A DNA stretch of 64,000 nt. Origin: Vicugna vicugna. Lineage: Eukaryota. The notes under the pieces were generated by a model. It was not told the DNA's origin, ran no database searches, and was given only the letters and a program-made list of their open reading frames with translations. Every line of letters starts with the position of its first letter. The stretch's first letter is position 1. Below are positions 25,370 to 38,476 of this stretch, in pieces. The position numbers and the translations under genes were made by a program. The DNA lies in assembly GCA_013265495.1 (NCBI GenBank), contig MU057930.1, forward strand, positions 1,194,057 through 1,258,056, read 5' to 3'.

Positions 25370-27631
25370 ATATCTGTTGCAGATTTGTCACACACACACA
25401 CAAAAATAATAATAGTAATTTGGTGTGATAAATTCTAAGTAAATTAAATGCAAATGAGGTAAGAGTTTTTGGGTAAATGCTTTAAAATATATTTTTAGAA
25501 ATGCATGCTTAAGATAACCTCTGTAAATATTTGCTATCTTATAATTCTAGAGTTGTGCTAAATTAAGTTAAATGATGGGAGTTTGTTATACAGCTATGCC
25601 ATTTTCAGATAAAATAAGATTGAAATATTAATTACTTAACATTGACTTCCTCTTACAGAGAAACTAAAGATGCTTAAAATATTAGTAAATGGTTGGTGCC
25701 ACCCTGAAATACTCTCTACTATTAAGAGAAACATCTCGGTATCCTAGGAAAGTAAGATCAATGTGAAAAAGAGGGTATGAGGGATGGAATTACGTTTTGT
25801 TAATGGAAAATAGTGACTCTGTCCTGAAGCTGGTTACTTCTGAATGGAATAGAAAACAAGGGACAAAATAATACGAGTATAGAAAGTCGTGGAAGGCTTG
25901 TGGCAGAGGAACCCTGAGGAAAGTGTTTTGTACATGGTCGGGATTGGCTAAGTTTAGAATAAATTTAGTCAAAGTAAATGACTCTTAGAAGTAAGCCGGT
26001 ACAAGACTAGATTTGGTTTTCTCTCTGTTAAGAGGACAAAGTTTTCTTAAAATGTTAATCCACCTTCAGCAACAGATTGTAAAGCTTCTTATACCTATTA
26101 AGTGATCTGTTCTGCCTTTACCTTTGAAATATTTTCTTGTTAATGAATAAGTACTATTTCACAGTGATCCATACTTTTATCTGACCAAGTGTTTTGAAAG
26201 TTTTTCACAAGCTTCCCAAATATCAGATTTTTATGAGAATTCTTTTGACCTCCAGCTAAGTCTGGGATGCTTCAGACGGCCCCTGAAACATCCCAAAGAG
26301 AGATTTTAACTAGTAAGTTTGATTTGGCATGTTAAATCACATGGGAAGTATTGTCAAATGAATAACAAACCTTCCTAGGTTATACTGTATGAGAATATAT
26401 TATTAATATAGATATTCTAGAATTTATATGGACTCAAGATTTCAGCCAAAGAATATTACCTCCCTCAATTATGGAAAGGACTTACATAGTTAACACCAGG
26501 GTATGGACGTTTAAGTTTAGAGGCTCTCTTACGTCGGAAAAATTAAACTATACTAAAGACAACAAAGCTAATACCACTACGCAATGTGGCTGGAAGTCTT
26601 GTGAACAGTGCCTGTATGACGTCTTCCTTAAAGGTAAGGGTGGGCACAGAACAGACTAGGATGAAGTGGGGATTCACCGAGCTGCACCTGATGGAAGTTC
26701 TTGGCTTAAATTCTTACTTGTGACCTTACTAATACCGCTAACTGTATTACTTGTACCTTTGCCTGTTTTACAACATTGTTTCTGCATGACCACATGTGTG
26801 ACTGCGCGTCTGATAAAATAATGAGCAGGCAACTTGAAACAGTAGATCAGATACGTACTTCTGTGTGAGACCAATGGTTGTAGCAGTGCAACTCTAGGTA
26901 TGGGGAGAAGCAACAGGAGGGAACATGTTCCTGGATCATGACAGACCAGTAAGACAGGTGGTCCAGAGAGTTTCTGAGTATCAACAGGGCCTGATCCCTG
27001 TGAACACTTTTGAGTGGCATGTGAGGAGGATCTTCTGCCTGATCTAGGAACAAGCCTTCCTAGCGCCACGGCACAAAATTGGCCATGAAATGTCTCCCAA
27101 AATACCTGCCAAATTTAGGACCAAGGGGGAGCACTGTGAAGGAAAAACACAGCCAACCACGTCAGTAAACTAAGAACGCTGAAGCCATCAGGTCACCAGC
27201 GGCTGCCCCACCCCCCAGTGAGGACCGGCCCGCAGCCCGGCCTCTGCAGCCACTCACAGTGCTGCCCTCTGAGGGGACTCAGAACAGGAAAGGACAGGAC
27301 ACTGGCCCTAGACGGCTAGGTGCCTGTCAAAGGAATGAATTCAGGGAGCCCAGATGCTTGCTCCCTCCCATACATTAAAAAAAGTGCTAAATTCTCTAAC
27401 TTGAGATGCCTGGTTTTCTTCAGCTAACAAACAACTCTTAACCTTCTGACTACCGATCTTTGTTGGAAAACTGCCCCTACGTATCCTGGCTCCCCGCCTC
27501 CGCCTCCGGAGCAGAGCGTCAGAGCCACCTGAGACGCTGTCATCCCTGCTGCAGTCCTCCCGCCAAGTAAAACCTAACTGTCAACTTTTAGGCTGCACAT
27601 TTACTTCAGTTAACACCACATTACACAAATG

Positions 27632-28246
27632 TGAGACAGGAAGGGGGCAGGCACAGCCGTTCAAGGAGTGCTCCAGCAATTAACAGCCAAATGGCGAAAG
27701 ATTCAACCCCCTATAGGCCTTGAGGCCCAGGATGGTGGGAGGTCCGACGTCCCTGACCTTCCTTAGATGCTCACTGTGACGTATTAGCATGGTGAATAAC
27801 ACGCCCACAGGCACCATGGCAGTCCCAAGGCTGGCCACAAAAGGTCAGAGTGGGAAATGGCCAACTTCCTGGGAGTCCCAGCCCCTTCCCCAGGCTACCT
27901 AGACTGGTCCTTCCACTTACTGGCATGTGAAGCCACCAAGCGCACAAAAAAACAGCAACAGAGCACCTTGTGGCAATCCCCGTCTCTCCCTCTTCAGAGA
28001 GGCCTGCATTCTATGGAGTTTGTACCTAGTTCTAATCTGAGCGCCCAACCCCCACACCTCGTGGCCTTTCTCTTGCCTTTCAGTGTATTTGTCTGAATAA
28101 ATCTACATTTACTCAACTGTGGCTCACTCCTGAATTCTTTCCTGCAGGAAGCCAAGGACCCACACTTGGCGGGGCACGTACCAGGGGCTCAACCAAAGCC
28201 TGGGACACGGCCTTTCCCATGCCCCACATCTGTTTTTCCTGCATCA
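27632..28246 (+). mobile_element. Solo LTR (ERV1, MER41-like)
   Basis: TG...CA ends with perfect TSD AATG (27628-27631 / 28247-28250). AATAAA at ~28096 is followed by ggctcactcctgaattctttcctgcaggaagccaaggacc, typical of MER41-type U5. Confidence 0.8.
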
Positions 28247-30147
28247 AATGCATGCATTTCATTAACATACTAATATATTGTAGAACACTCTTCAGTACAC
28301 ACATAACAGAATTAAAATGCCACGAGAATTCTATTTATGATCTTTTTCAAATGATAATATTTTCAGACATTATTCGTATGCTGATTCACAGAAGTTCCTT
28401 CCAGGCTGCTGTGTATTTTCTCCTGCCACATCTCAGCATGTCCTTCCCAAGACACACACTTAACTCCCTCTTCCAACTGTCCTCAGAGCTTCCTTCAAAA
28501 CTCCCTTCTCTCTAAGAAATCGTGTCTCCTTCTGACACGCACCGCACACACACTGCTTGCTCCTACCTTGCCTTGTTGTTCATCCTGGAACTTACAAACG
28601 GGATTTATTTGGCAACTTCTTGTCAGCTTATTTCCATTCTATCTCCTTTTATCAGAGCATAACTCAGTTTATCCTGCGCTGAGACTGGGCCATGAGACTT
28701 CAGCTGTTAAAGCATCAAATCCACATCAATCGGACACAGACCAAACACTGGAGAGTAGGAATGTTACAAAAGATACATTCATTACGGCGCACACATGCAT
28801 AAATGTGTATTGTAAATTGAACTAGGTTATGTACATTTTACTAAATTCCTGCAAAATAGGGGAAAAGTCACGTCAGTCTGCAGAGGACTGGGACTGCTCT
28901 CTCAGTGAGCACACGCCTTGAGAAAACGGGGTCTGGGAGTCACTGTTCTTTGCTTCGGGTTTGAGTCCAGCATGACATTAGCTAACCCTCACTACTCCCT
29001 TAGAGCAGGGCGGGGGCGTGGAAAATACCCAATTCCTACTGAAGTGACAATAAACATTTCCGTTAAGACAAATGTCCAGAGGCTGGCTGATGAGACAATC
29101 AGCACAGAAATGGAGTGTCCAGCGCTTAGGGAAACAAACACAGCCGCTGAACTTCAAACAAAGGACAGACAGCCATCAGTCAGTGACGAACCGACACAGG
29201 GACATGACTCCAAAGGTCAACAGAGGCAGGAGACAGCGGGGCCTTCCTTTCCGGAAACGGGCCTCTGCGACTTCTGTGGGGAGTCACATTTAGTCCTGCT
29301 CATATCTATCCACTGCCTAAAAGCTTCCAGAAGTCTTTGGACAGTCACCAAATATGTCTTTTTTTTTTTCCTTTTACTCTCTTTTTCCTTTCCACTTGGG
29401 TAGGTTCCAGAGATTGCAAGTGGCAAACATGAGCTTAAACAGAGCTCCAAGGAGGGAAGGACTGCAGCAAGGAGCCCTGAGGTCGGGGTACAGACGCTGC
29501 CTCCTCGGTGCACGCTTGGTGTGTATCTGCTCCTTGCTTGGGCAGACTGCCCCTCACAGCGCTTCCAAACCCCGGACATTCAATGGGAAGACGGAGGCCC
29601 CCTCCCTTCCTGAGTCAGACCAGTGAGGCGCCCTCGGAAGCCATGTGGAAATGCACAATCTAGGTTATTGTTTCACACAAGAATCCCCTTGTTTTGCAGG
29701 CGGGAACCTCGTTCTTTAAACACCCCCACCTGTGTGAGTGCAGCCGCCACGACTGTCCGCCCCTTTCTTCGTGCATCCCAGGTGCAACTAGCCCTAGAGC
29801 GAGGGATGCTGGCCGACTCCGAGGTCCTTCTAAACACACTGGAGCCAGGACCCTGCTGGCTCAAGAACAAAACTCCCCGGGGACGCACAGACTCCTGTCT
29901 TAACCAGTCCTCGGCATTCGGGATTCAGCCAACTCCGAAGTCCAAAGTCTATGACACTGAGGAAGTGTCTCTTTGGTAAAAGAAGAGTTTCTGTAAGAAA
30001 AAAGTGATCTGAAAGTGTGGAGGAGAAAGGAGTCAGGGAGCGTGGGGGTTTCCTACACGGCAGGAAGAAGCAAATCATGTAAAAATCTGCAGGTTCCTCT
30101 AAGGACTGAGGCTGTATTCTGGGTGAGGACCTTGCTGACTCTTAGGA

Positions 30148-30350
30148 AGTAGCATTTCTCGGCCTCCCACGACTGACGCATGACTGGGTAACTCTGCGTG
30201 TGAGCGGCTGTCTGCACACTGCAGGGTGTGCACAAAGATGTGCCCGCTAGGTGGAAGGTGTCAGCACCCCCCCCCGGAATGATCAAACATGTCAGCATCC
30301 ATGGCCACTGTCTCTCCTGAAAGGCACAGCAGCCCCAGTCTGAAAACAAA
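30148..30350 (-). mobile_element. MER20-like relic, paralog of 10424-10630
   Basis: Collinear with the unit-1 copy (tttctcggcctcc..atgactgggtaa..ctgcacactg..ggtggaaggt). Confidence 0.55.
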
Positions 30351-32449
30351 TACTTTTCAAACAGCTTTAGATTTGGCCAAATCACAGCTCCTGGTTAGGA
30401 GCAGACGGGACCAGTCTCCTGGGGGACTCAACACTGGGCAAGCCTGGAACAGCAGACCCCACAGCCTTCTGCTGACAAGTGAGCTGTGAGACCAGAGCAA
30501 CGACGTCTCCCGGGGCACTGGTGAGACAGGCAGGGGTCCAGGCACAACACTGAGCACCTTCCACCAGAGGCAGCGTCGTCAGTAAACCACTCTGGGGACC
30601 TGCGAGCCTGGCCCCACTTAAGACACACTGGGGGATGCAACCTCAGCAGGATGAGATCTGTGAAGGCAGGCACTGCTGAACTATCTCAACTCAGATTCTA
30701 CGTACCCTGGAACCTTGGCCAGGCACCCTAGAGGGAACCAGGTGTGTCTGGTGGCCCGGCTCAAAAGCTTCCTTGCACTGTCTAGAGAGGACTGGTGGAG
30801 TCTAAGGTGAAAAAGTAATGATCACAGAGAAAACAGAAAAATAAGCCACAAGTTAGCTGATACACCAGGAGAGATGGGGAACAGATTCCAGAAACCTGGA
30901 CACATTTGAGAAGGAAAGACCAGGGACTTTGACACGGGATGGCTGAGTAGTACTTGTTGGTTCCAAGGTTCCTATGTGTGTGGCAGTGGCCTGTTCCTAG
31001 TTCTCATTCCCTAAGTTTCTACCATACTAACGAAAGAGTCCAGACTTGAAGGTGCTATGAGTTCCCTTAGCCACAAAGGAAGAGGAGTAACAGGACCCAA
31101 ACCTATCGTGTTGCAATCATGTCTCAGGAGAACAGAGCAGCAGTGTCCCCTTGATAGGCAGGTAGTATGGTCCCTCCTAGAAAGAGACGATCTCAGCGGA
31201 CATACCCAGGGAACAGGGGTGGCAGGACTCCAACAGAAAATCGTGGGAGTGTGAAAGGTACGTAAAAAAGAGGCAGAGAGGGTGGTATCGGGCGAGCATG
31301 GAGGCAGCGCTAGGTTTGCTGGGATCACATCCCCAGTCAAAGTCATCCAAATCAGAGGAGAGAGAGATTGTGATGATACTGTGACACATGAAAAGGCCCT
31401 ATTCTGCAGCTTTCACAGAAGGAGAATAAGTAAGACACCATACAGAGAGGTGCATGTGAAAGAAAGAAAAATGGTCTTGGGACCGAAAGGAAAAAGAAAA
31501 AAAATAGAGATAATATTATTGAAGGAACAGTGTTAGTCCTTTGGAGGAGGAGGAAGACAAGTGGCCCACTGAAGACGGGGGCTGAGGAGTCCTGCCAGAC
31601 ACGTTGTCCTCAAAGGTCAGACACCAAACACAGAGCGACTCTGAGGCTCTGATGTGTGCCTGGACCAGCCAATTCTGACTCAGGGCTCTGGCTGCTTTCA
31701 CTCAGCTGAGTTGGAAATCATAAAAGTACCACTGTGGTTTTGTGTTTTCCAATTTCCACAATAAGAACAAAACAAACAAAATATGTCTTTACCTGATAAG
31801 TTACCAGGAAAGAGAATAACACACATGGAAATGTGAGGGGAAGAAACAAAAGCGCAGGTCCCTTGGCTGTTGCAATGCCCTTGAAACTAACCAGATGGGC
31901 AGAGATAGGAGGAAGTGGGTTTCTCCCTTCAAAGTTTCCAAACACGAGCGGACCTACTACCATGCTTTCCTGGGGCTTAGGGAAATGGTTTTAAGTCAAC
32001 GAATGAAAAATAGGTATGAAAGATGAGACTCTTAAAAAGGCATTCGGAATCTACAGCAGAAAGACACAACTCTTCATAGTGTTGTGTCCCATGAGGTCAC
32101 GGGGCATTCGCATGGGAAGCCCTTTAAGTAAAGAGAGTGACAGAGCTGTCTCTGGGGAAGAGGGAGGGGAAACACGGCTGTGCTGACCCGCCCCTCGCCT
32201 CAGAGGAACAGGTGCCTTGCCTGAGGGCGCTCAGAAAACAGCAACCCTGAAGAACGTTGTCTGAAATGTCACCCAAAGGGAAACGGAATAGCAGGTATTC
32301 TGGGAGACTGTTGTGACTGGTTGGACTTTGGAATTTAAGCCTTTTTAAACGTTCTTTTATTGTAAAGGAAATCACATGGCCTTGACACCCTGTCTTTTAT
32401 TTAATGTTCCCCAAAACACAAGTTAAGGAAGGAGAAAAGGAAAAGAAAA

Positions 32450-33595
32450 CAAAACCTGCTTATGCGGAAGAAACCGCAATATGATTTTCGATAAAGGTAC
32501 AAAAGCAGTTCAGTGGAAAGTAATAATCTTTCTCAACGAAAGTTGCTGGGAAAATTGGCTATCCACATGCAAAAGAAAAAAAAACTTCAACCCCTTCACG
32601 GCCCCATGTACTAGAAATAACACCGAGTGACGTATAACTCTGTATGTAAGACCTAAAGCAAGAAAAACACTAGAAAACTTGCAGCTGAAAACTCTGTGCC
32701 AAGAGTGGGGTGATCACTGATTAGACAATGCACCAAGGCATGCTCATTCAGTGAGAACGATGCGTCAGCAACCGGACCTTTATGAGCACGAGATATTCGG
32801 GTTGTTGAGGGACCCCCTCAAGGGAAGTAAAAGCAAAAGCCATTTGATGGGGAAAAATAAATCTGCATATCTTCTCTCTGAAAAAAGACTGACACCCAGA
32901 ATGTATTTAAAAACCACCAAACTTCACAATAAGGCAAAACATCTAGTCAATACTGTACAGATGACTGCCATTCTAAAAACTGATGATGCATTGCCGTAAG
33001 TTTAAGGACTTCTAAAGTCAAAGGTTGTGAATTAATTGTAATACCTCATGGATTCAAGAGCTCAGCACAGACACATAGTATTCATGATGATCTTACTTCA
33101 TGTCGTAAATTCACAGTTAAAGAAAAATAAATACTTTGAAGTATGAAAAAAATAAGGTACAAATGACTTGGGGAATACTTACCAAAGAAAGTATAAAATA
33201 AACACATACAAAGATGGTCTACTTATTTATTTATTCAGGGAATGTGCATTAACACTGTAACCAGATACCACTACATACCAATTATAATGCCTGAAATAGG
33301 AAGCAACTGGCCACACCGAGGACTGGCAGGGATCTGGAGCAACTGGAATTGCCATATACTGTCAACAGGACTGTAAAAGTGTACAGCACTGTCAGACAGC
33401 AACTCCACTCCTAAGTATCCACCCGAGAGACAGGACACCTCAGTTCCTTACACAGACCTGTCCGTGAAGATGCATGCGTCAATATTTAAATGCATAAAAA
33501 TGTGACATATTCCTGTAAGACTCCACAGGGCTGAATGGAGTGTACTCTACAAGAAGAGCATGATTATTAAGATAAGGGTGCTAAATGAAAGAAGC

Positions 33596-33627
<32 letters not shown>

Positions 33628-33920
33628 CCACACACACAGAGAGAGATTCCACCTTAGAAAAACTCTGGAGGATACCAAATAACCTACAGTGTCCAAAAAC
33701 GGAAGAGTGGGCTCTTAGGACAGGGTGGGGGAGGGTTAAGAAGGGACAAAGGAAGGATGACCTTGGAGCCCAAGGGCAGTTTTGGAGTTGACAGATCTGT
33801 CCCTCACATTGGGTGGGGAACAGCTTTCCCAGCTGGACTCATCCATCAAAACTTACCGACTGTACACCTGACATACATCAGCTTTTGCTGTGTCTCATTT
33901 CCATCTCAACTAAGAGTTTC
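32450..33920 (+). mobile_element. Old L1 (L1M-type) ORF2 3'/3'UTR fragments with (CA)n at ~33602-33638
   Basis: ttttcgataaaggtacaaaagcagttcagtggaaag..ctgggaaaattggctatccacatgcaaaag; agataccactacataccaa; catcaaaacttaccgactgtacac. Confidence 0.7.
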
Positions 33921-34360
33921 TTAAAGACTCATCTTTCAGTTCAGCTGTAGATTTCCATTGAGTTACAGAGGATTAGTTCAATTTGTACATTTTTAGATCT
34001 ACATCCACTCTCCGTCTGTTTCCTCTTTTACGATTAACACGATCATCTTCGGGTTGTTGTCCTCCTGATGGCAAATGTTCCAACTGAGTGCTACTTGGAG
34101 TTTGGTCGCCCGGGGATACCTTAATCTAGGTTGCCTACTGCAGGAACAGTTCAGGAGGATGGCTGAAGGAACGTGGAGGAGCTCAGTACCAGGAGCTACA
34201 TGTAAGGCAGGAATGTCATAATCTGTAGTAAGGTTACACTTTACACTCAGGGCGAAATGAAAACTGAAATCGTAGAGAATGAATTTGGGAGGGACCCTTG
34301 AGGAGGATAAGGGATGAGAACTTGTTCTTGTTGGAAACAGTTACATTCAAATATAATAAT

Positions 34361-35410
34361 GAAAGAAATTGTGGCGTGTACACATACACACACACACAAA
34401 TGGAATACAATTCACCCATTAAAAAGAATGAAAACCATAGAAAAGAATGAAAATTTGCCATTTTCAAAAACACGGATGGACCTGGAGGGCACATGCTTAG
34501 TGAAGTCAGTCAGACAGCGAGAGACAAACACTGTATGCCATCACTTACATGTGAAATCTAAAAACTACAACAAACTGGTGAATATAAGAAAACAGAAGCA
34601 GACTCACAGAAAACAAACCAGTGGTGACCAGTGCGGAGAGGGAAGGGCGAAGGGAAAGACAGGAGGAGGAGAGGAAGAGACACAAAAGACTATGTACAAA
34701 ATAAATGACCTGCAAGGATATACTGTCCAGCACAGGGAACATAGCCAGTATTTATTTTGTTTTTATTTTTTATTGAAGTATAGTTGGTTTACAAGGTTGT
34801 ATTAATTTCAGGTTACAGCAATGTGACTCAGTTACACATACGTATGTATATAAACATATATATATTCTTTGTCAGGTTCTTTTCCATTATCGGTTAATAC
34901 AATATACTGAATATAGTCCCATGTGCTGCACAGAAGGACCTTGTTGTTTATCTCTTTTATATATAGCAGTGTGTATCTGTTAATCCAAAATTCCTAATTT
35001 ACCCCTCTTTTTCCCTGTGTTTTCTATGAACATTTCTATGTATATTTGTTTTCTTTCTCTGAGTCTGTTTTGTAAATGAGGTCATTTGTACTGTATTTTA
35101 GATCCCACATATAAATGGCAGCATATGGTATCTGTCTCTAACTTACTTAGTATAACAATGTCTAGGTCCAACCACCTTGCTGCAAATGGCATTATTTCAT
35201 TCTTTTTTTATGGCTGAGTAGTATTCCATTGTATAAATATACCATGTATTCTTTATCCAGTCATCTGTCAATGGACATTTAGGTTGCTTCCAAGTCTTGG
35301 CTATTGTAAGTAGTAGTAAGTGTAAGAGTATAACCCTTAAAAACTGTGAACCGCTATACTGTACACCTGCCAGTGATGTAATACTTTCCATCTCCTAGAC
35401 TTCAATTAAC
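34361..35410 (+). mobile_element. L1 3' end (+) split by an antisense L1 3' fragment
   Basis: The + strand L1 tail runs 34361-~34753 (acggatggacctggaggg..gtgaagtcagtcagacag..cacagggaacatagccag) and resumes ~35311-35410 (agtataacccttaaaaactgtgaacc..cttcaattaa). Confidence 0.8.
34754..35310 (-). mobile_element. 5'-truncated L1 3' end, antisense
   Basis: T-rich tail ttttgtttttattttttattgaagtatagttgg. Minus-strand peptide IAKTWKQPKCPLTDDWIKNTWYIYTMEYYSAIKK. Confidence 0.85.
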
Positions 35411-37169
35411 ACATTGATCGACCACGGTAGATCAGGTGACCCTGATGAAACACAACTGTCAACCAGATTTGGGAGACACGGTAATCAGTGTGTTAAAAAG
35501 TAAGTAAACACGGACTCCTCCGGGGAAATCTTGAGAACTGGTTTGTAGTAGAGATGCCACATTTTAATCTTGTTGAACCAGCCGATAATTTCTCTAGGTT
35601 TGGAAAACAAGTTTAAACGTGTCTCCTCAGTGTTGCAGAAATCACACATGAGCTGAGGGCGTGTCTTGGGCTGTTTGTCCTATTTTGGGTCTCAGGATGT
35701 AAAAGGAAGTAAGCATCACTGTCCTTAAAACACCTCAATTGTACTGTGACTTCTCACTGACTCTAAAGGTCAGGTGTCCAGATCCACTTCAGTTTCTCTT
35801 ACAACTAATCTCAAATGAAAACAACGGATGGCCAGAAAAGCTCCTCCCTGCCAAGAAGGACATCCTAGGAGGACGTCTATGTGGCCAGGGTCTTAGGATT
35901 AACAGCCCTTGGCTCATTAAGGGTCAGGCCAATGGACGGGTATTATTAAAAGGGACACACGCACAGGTTCTCTCCACCAACTGGCACACCACCCACTCAG
36001 CTTCTCCAGGAGGAGGACCAGAAAGACCGCCAGGATGAAGACTCTGCTCCTGAGACTTGCACTCTGTGTGCTTTGTGCCGCCCAGGCATGTGCATCTGAG
36101 AAGCATCACTTAGGGGAACCAGGGACGGGCTCGTCTGGGAGGAGGCCTTGGGGTGGGTGTGTGTGCCTCTCACTCTTGTTTACGAGGGCAATCAGGTTTT
36201 ATATCCTTAGTCCGTGTACCTGCGGGGGGCTCAAACAACCCTTCTGTCTTTCAGCTGTTTGTATTTTTTCAACTTACTTGTCTGGAGGTGAGAAAATCTA
36301 ATATGTCAAAATGATAGGGATGAGCTTCCCAGGGCCTTTAATGGCATTGTTTTAGCTACCTGAAAAAACTGAGTTCCATGCCTTGCCTTTGAAAACGAAC
36401 CATTATTTCATTTCACATCATTCTGCAAGGAAGGGAGTAGAGACCCACTTTGCTCAGTAAGATTGGATTTATTTTTCTTCTGATGTAAAGTAACGACTAC
36501 ACGCAGTGCTGGTGAGGGAACAGAAAAGAGGCTTATTTTCCTTATGGTACGTTTCCTTTTCAGATTACAGGGGAATGGCACACCATTTACACAGCGCCCA
36601 ATAATGTGCAGAAGATACAGGAAAATGGCTCACTAAGGGGTTATATCCACAAGACTGAATGTAACCACGGCTGCGAAACACTCTCCATTACTTACTATAT
36701 CAAATGGAATTTGCCCAAATGTAAAACAACCAAGCTATTGACTCCTAACATGGGATCCAGTCCCAAATCTGCACTGAAACACCTGGAGTATGTTCAAGAA
36801 TTTGAGTCAGTGGACTCTGTCTATAGAAGGGCGTTCCTCGCCTGGTGTGGTGTCCTGGGTGGTCACCATGAAACCCCAGCTATCTGCGTGTAGCCCTTCT
36901 CTCAGGGGGCATACCGGTGGAACAGCCCTTCCATCACATCATTCACGACACATGTGAAGGCAGTAAGGAGAGATTCTGGGCCTGAACACCTGAAAGCTCT
37001 GACAATCCTACCCTTAAGATCTGTGTTTGAATCCTTCAGACTTTTTGCACGTATGGGAAAGGGATTAAGTTTCTTTCAAGGCACACTTCAATGTGAGAGG
37101 TCACACACACAAGATTATCCCACCTGACATTTTCAGCAATAAGTTTCCATCAAAAGTGAATACTTTCCC

Positions 37170-37560
37170 CCAGTCAGTCAACATTTATAGAATGCTTACC
37201 CTATGGGAGGCACTGTGTAAGTATGGGAATAAAAAAAATTACATAAAAATAGGTCTCACCTTAAAGTTAAAAAGTTAAGCAGGGTCCCAGACACCCATCT
37301 TAAAAAGAATAACAAAACAGTAACAAAAAATACTCAATGATGGAGGTCATCCTGAAGTGCAGATAACTGAACGACTATGCCGGTCATGGGAGCGGGAAAC
37401 GGTCCTCATGGTGGGGTGGCGGTGGGGATGGCATTTATTCCCTGAACACCAGGTGAAAATTTAAACCAAGAATCAGAGAGAGAGGAGGAGGGCTGCAGAG
37501 ACGCACAGATGGAGTAAAGCTCACTGACTTCCGGGGATGCTGGACTTGCAGGACGTTGAC
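37170..37560 (-). mobile_element. L2 (LINE-2) relic in intron 2 of the pseudogene
   Basis: cagtcagtcaacatttatagaatgcttaccctatgggaggcactgtgtaag resembles the antisense L2 3' end. Confidence 0.55.
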
Positions 37561-38296
37561 ACACTATGTGTACGAAGTGGACTGCAGGACCCCAAACCGG
37601 AAAGGAAAACTCAAGACTTTGTTCCGGAGAATTTCCTATGTCAAAAATGCTAACTTTATATTTATGAGCATGGATGTAGGTTTTAAAATAAGGGCATCAT
37701 AAAATTCGCTTTCTAAGTATCCGCCCTCCAGGAACTCAGAGGTAGAGACGGTATTCAGGAAATGACTGTGAGGAATTTTAGCCGCGGAAGCAGCAGATGT
37801 GGGGGTGAGTGAAATCAACACTTTAAGCAAAACTGAGACTACAAATAGTCTGTTTTTCAAAACTGAATGCTGAACTTTCAACTTGTCCATCTGCAGACAT
37901 GGTGATGCCATTAGACCAAAGTAGAGAAGAACATGTAAGGTGGAGGAAAATCAAGGCCTAAAAATGATAATAGTAAATGTGGATGTGAGCTAGAAGTTGG
38001 AGATGTGGACAGTGGATTTGTAAACACCAGATCTGGGCATGGCTTGGAAATACCTGTGTTTACGTCTGCTTCTATGTCTGTGTCCACCTCTGTCTCTATG
38101 TCCACGACTGTCCAACTCTATTTGATCTTCTTGCTACGTAAGTGTAACCTGAGCTCACAGGAGTTGAAGAATTAGCCTGGGGAGAAGGAGGACTTCAGAG
38201 TCCAGAGGAGCACCATCACTTATGGTAGAGGGACAGATATGCTATGTGGAACGGAGGAAGAGGACAAGGTGGGGTTGTCTACATCAAAGGAACGGG

Positions 38297-38476
38297 GAGG
38301 CAGTCCTGGCCGCGGGGGGAGATTCTGTCCTGCCTCCCTAGGAAATAAATATGTGGCTGTGACCGGAGGCATTTCGGGCTTCCACAGTTAGAGGCGGGGG
38401 CTCCTGGAGTCTCACAGGGGGACACCAGGGAGACACCCTGCACAAAGGTCAATAGCACTGAGGGTGAGAAACCCTG
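38297..38476 (+). mobile_element. MER20-like relic
   Basis: Ends aaaggtcaatagcactgagggtgagaaaccctg, like the MER20 terminus. Confidence 0.55.

Larger units (their letters stand above)
21302..27615 (+). mobile_element. Decayed, probably non-autonomous endogenous retrovirus (ERV1/MER4-group-like) with two LTRs
   Basis: 5' LTR ~21302-21758 and 3' LTR 27135-27615 (TG...CA) are homologous. PBS-like CGGCGACCAC at 21763 partly matches a tRNA-Arg PBS (TGGCGACCAC...). Polypurine tract aagggggag at 27123. Degenerate 4-bp TSD acac/ccac. AT-rich internal region with no long ORF and a degraded WKG(PY)-like integrase remnant at ~26472. Confidence 0.85.
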
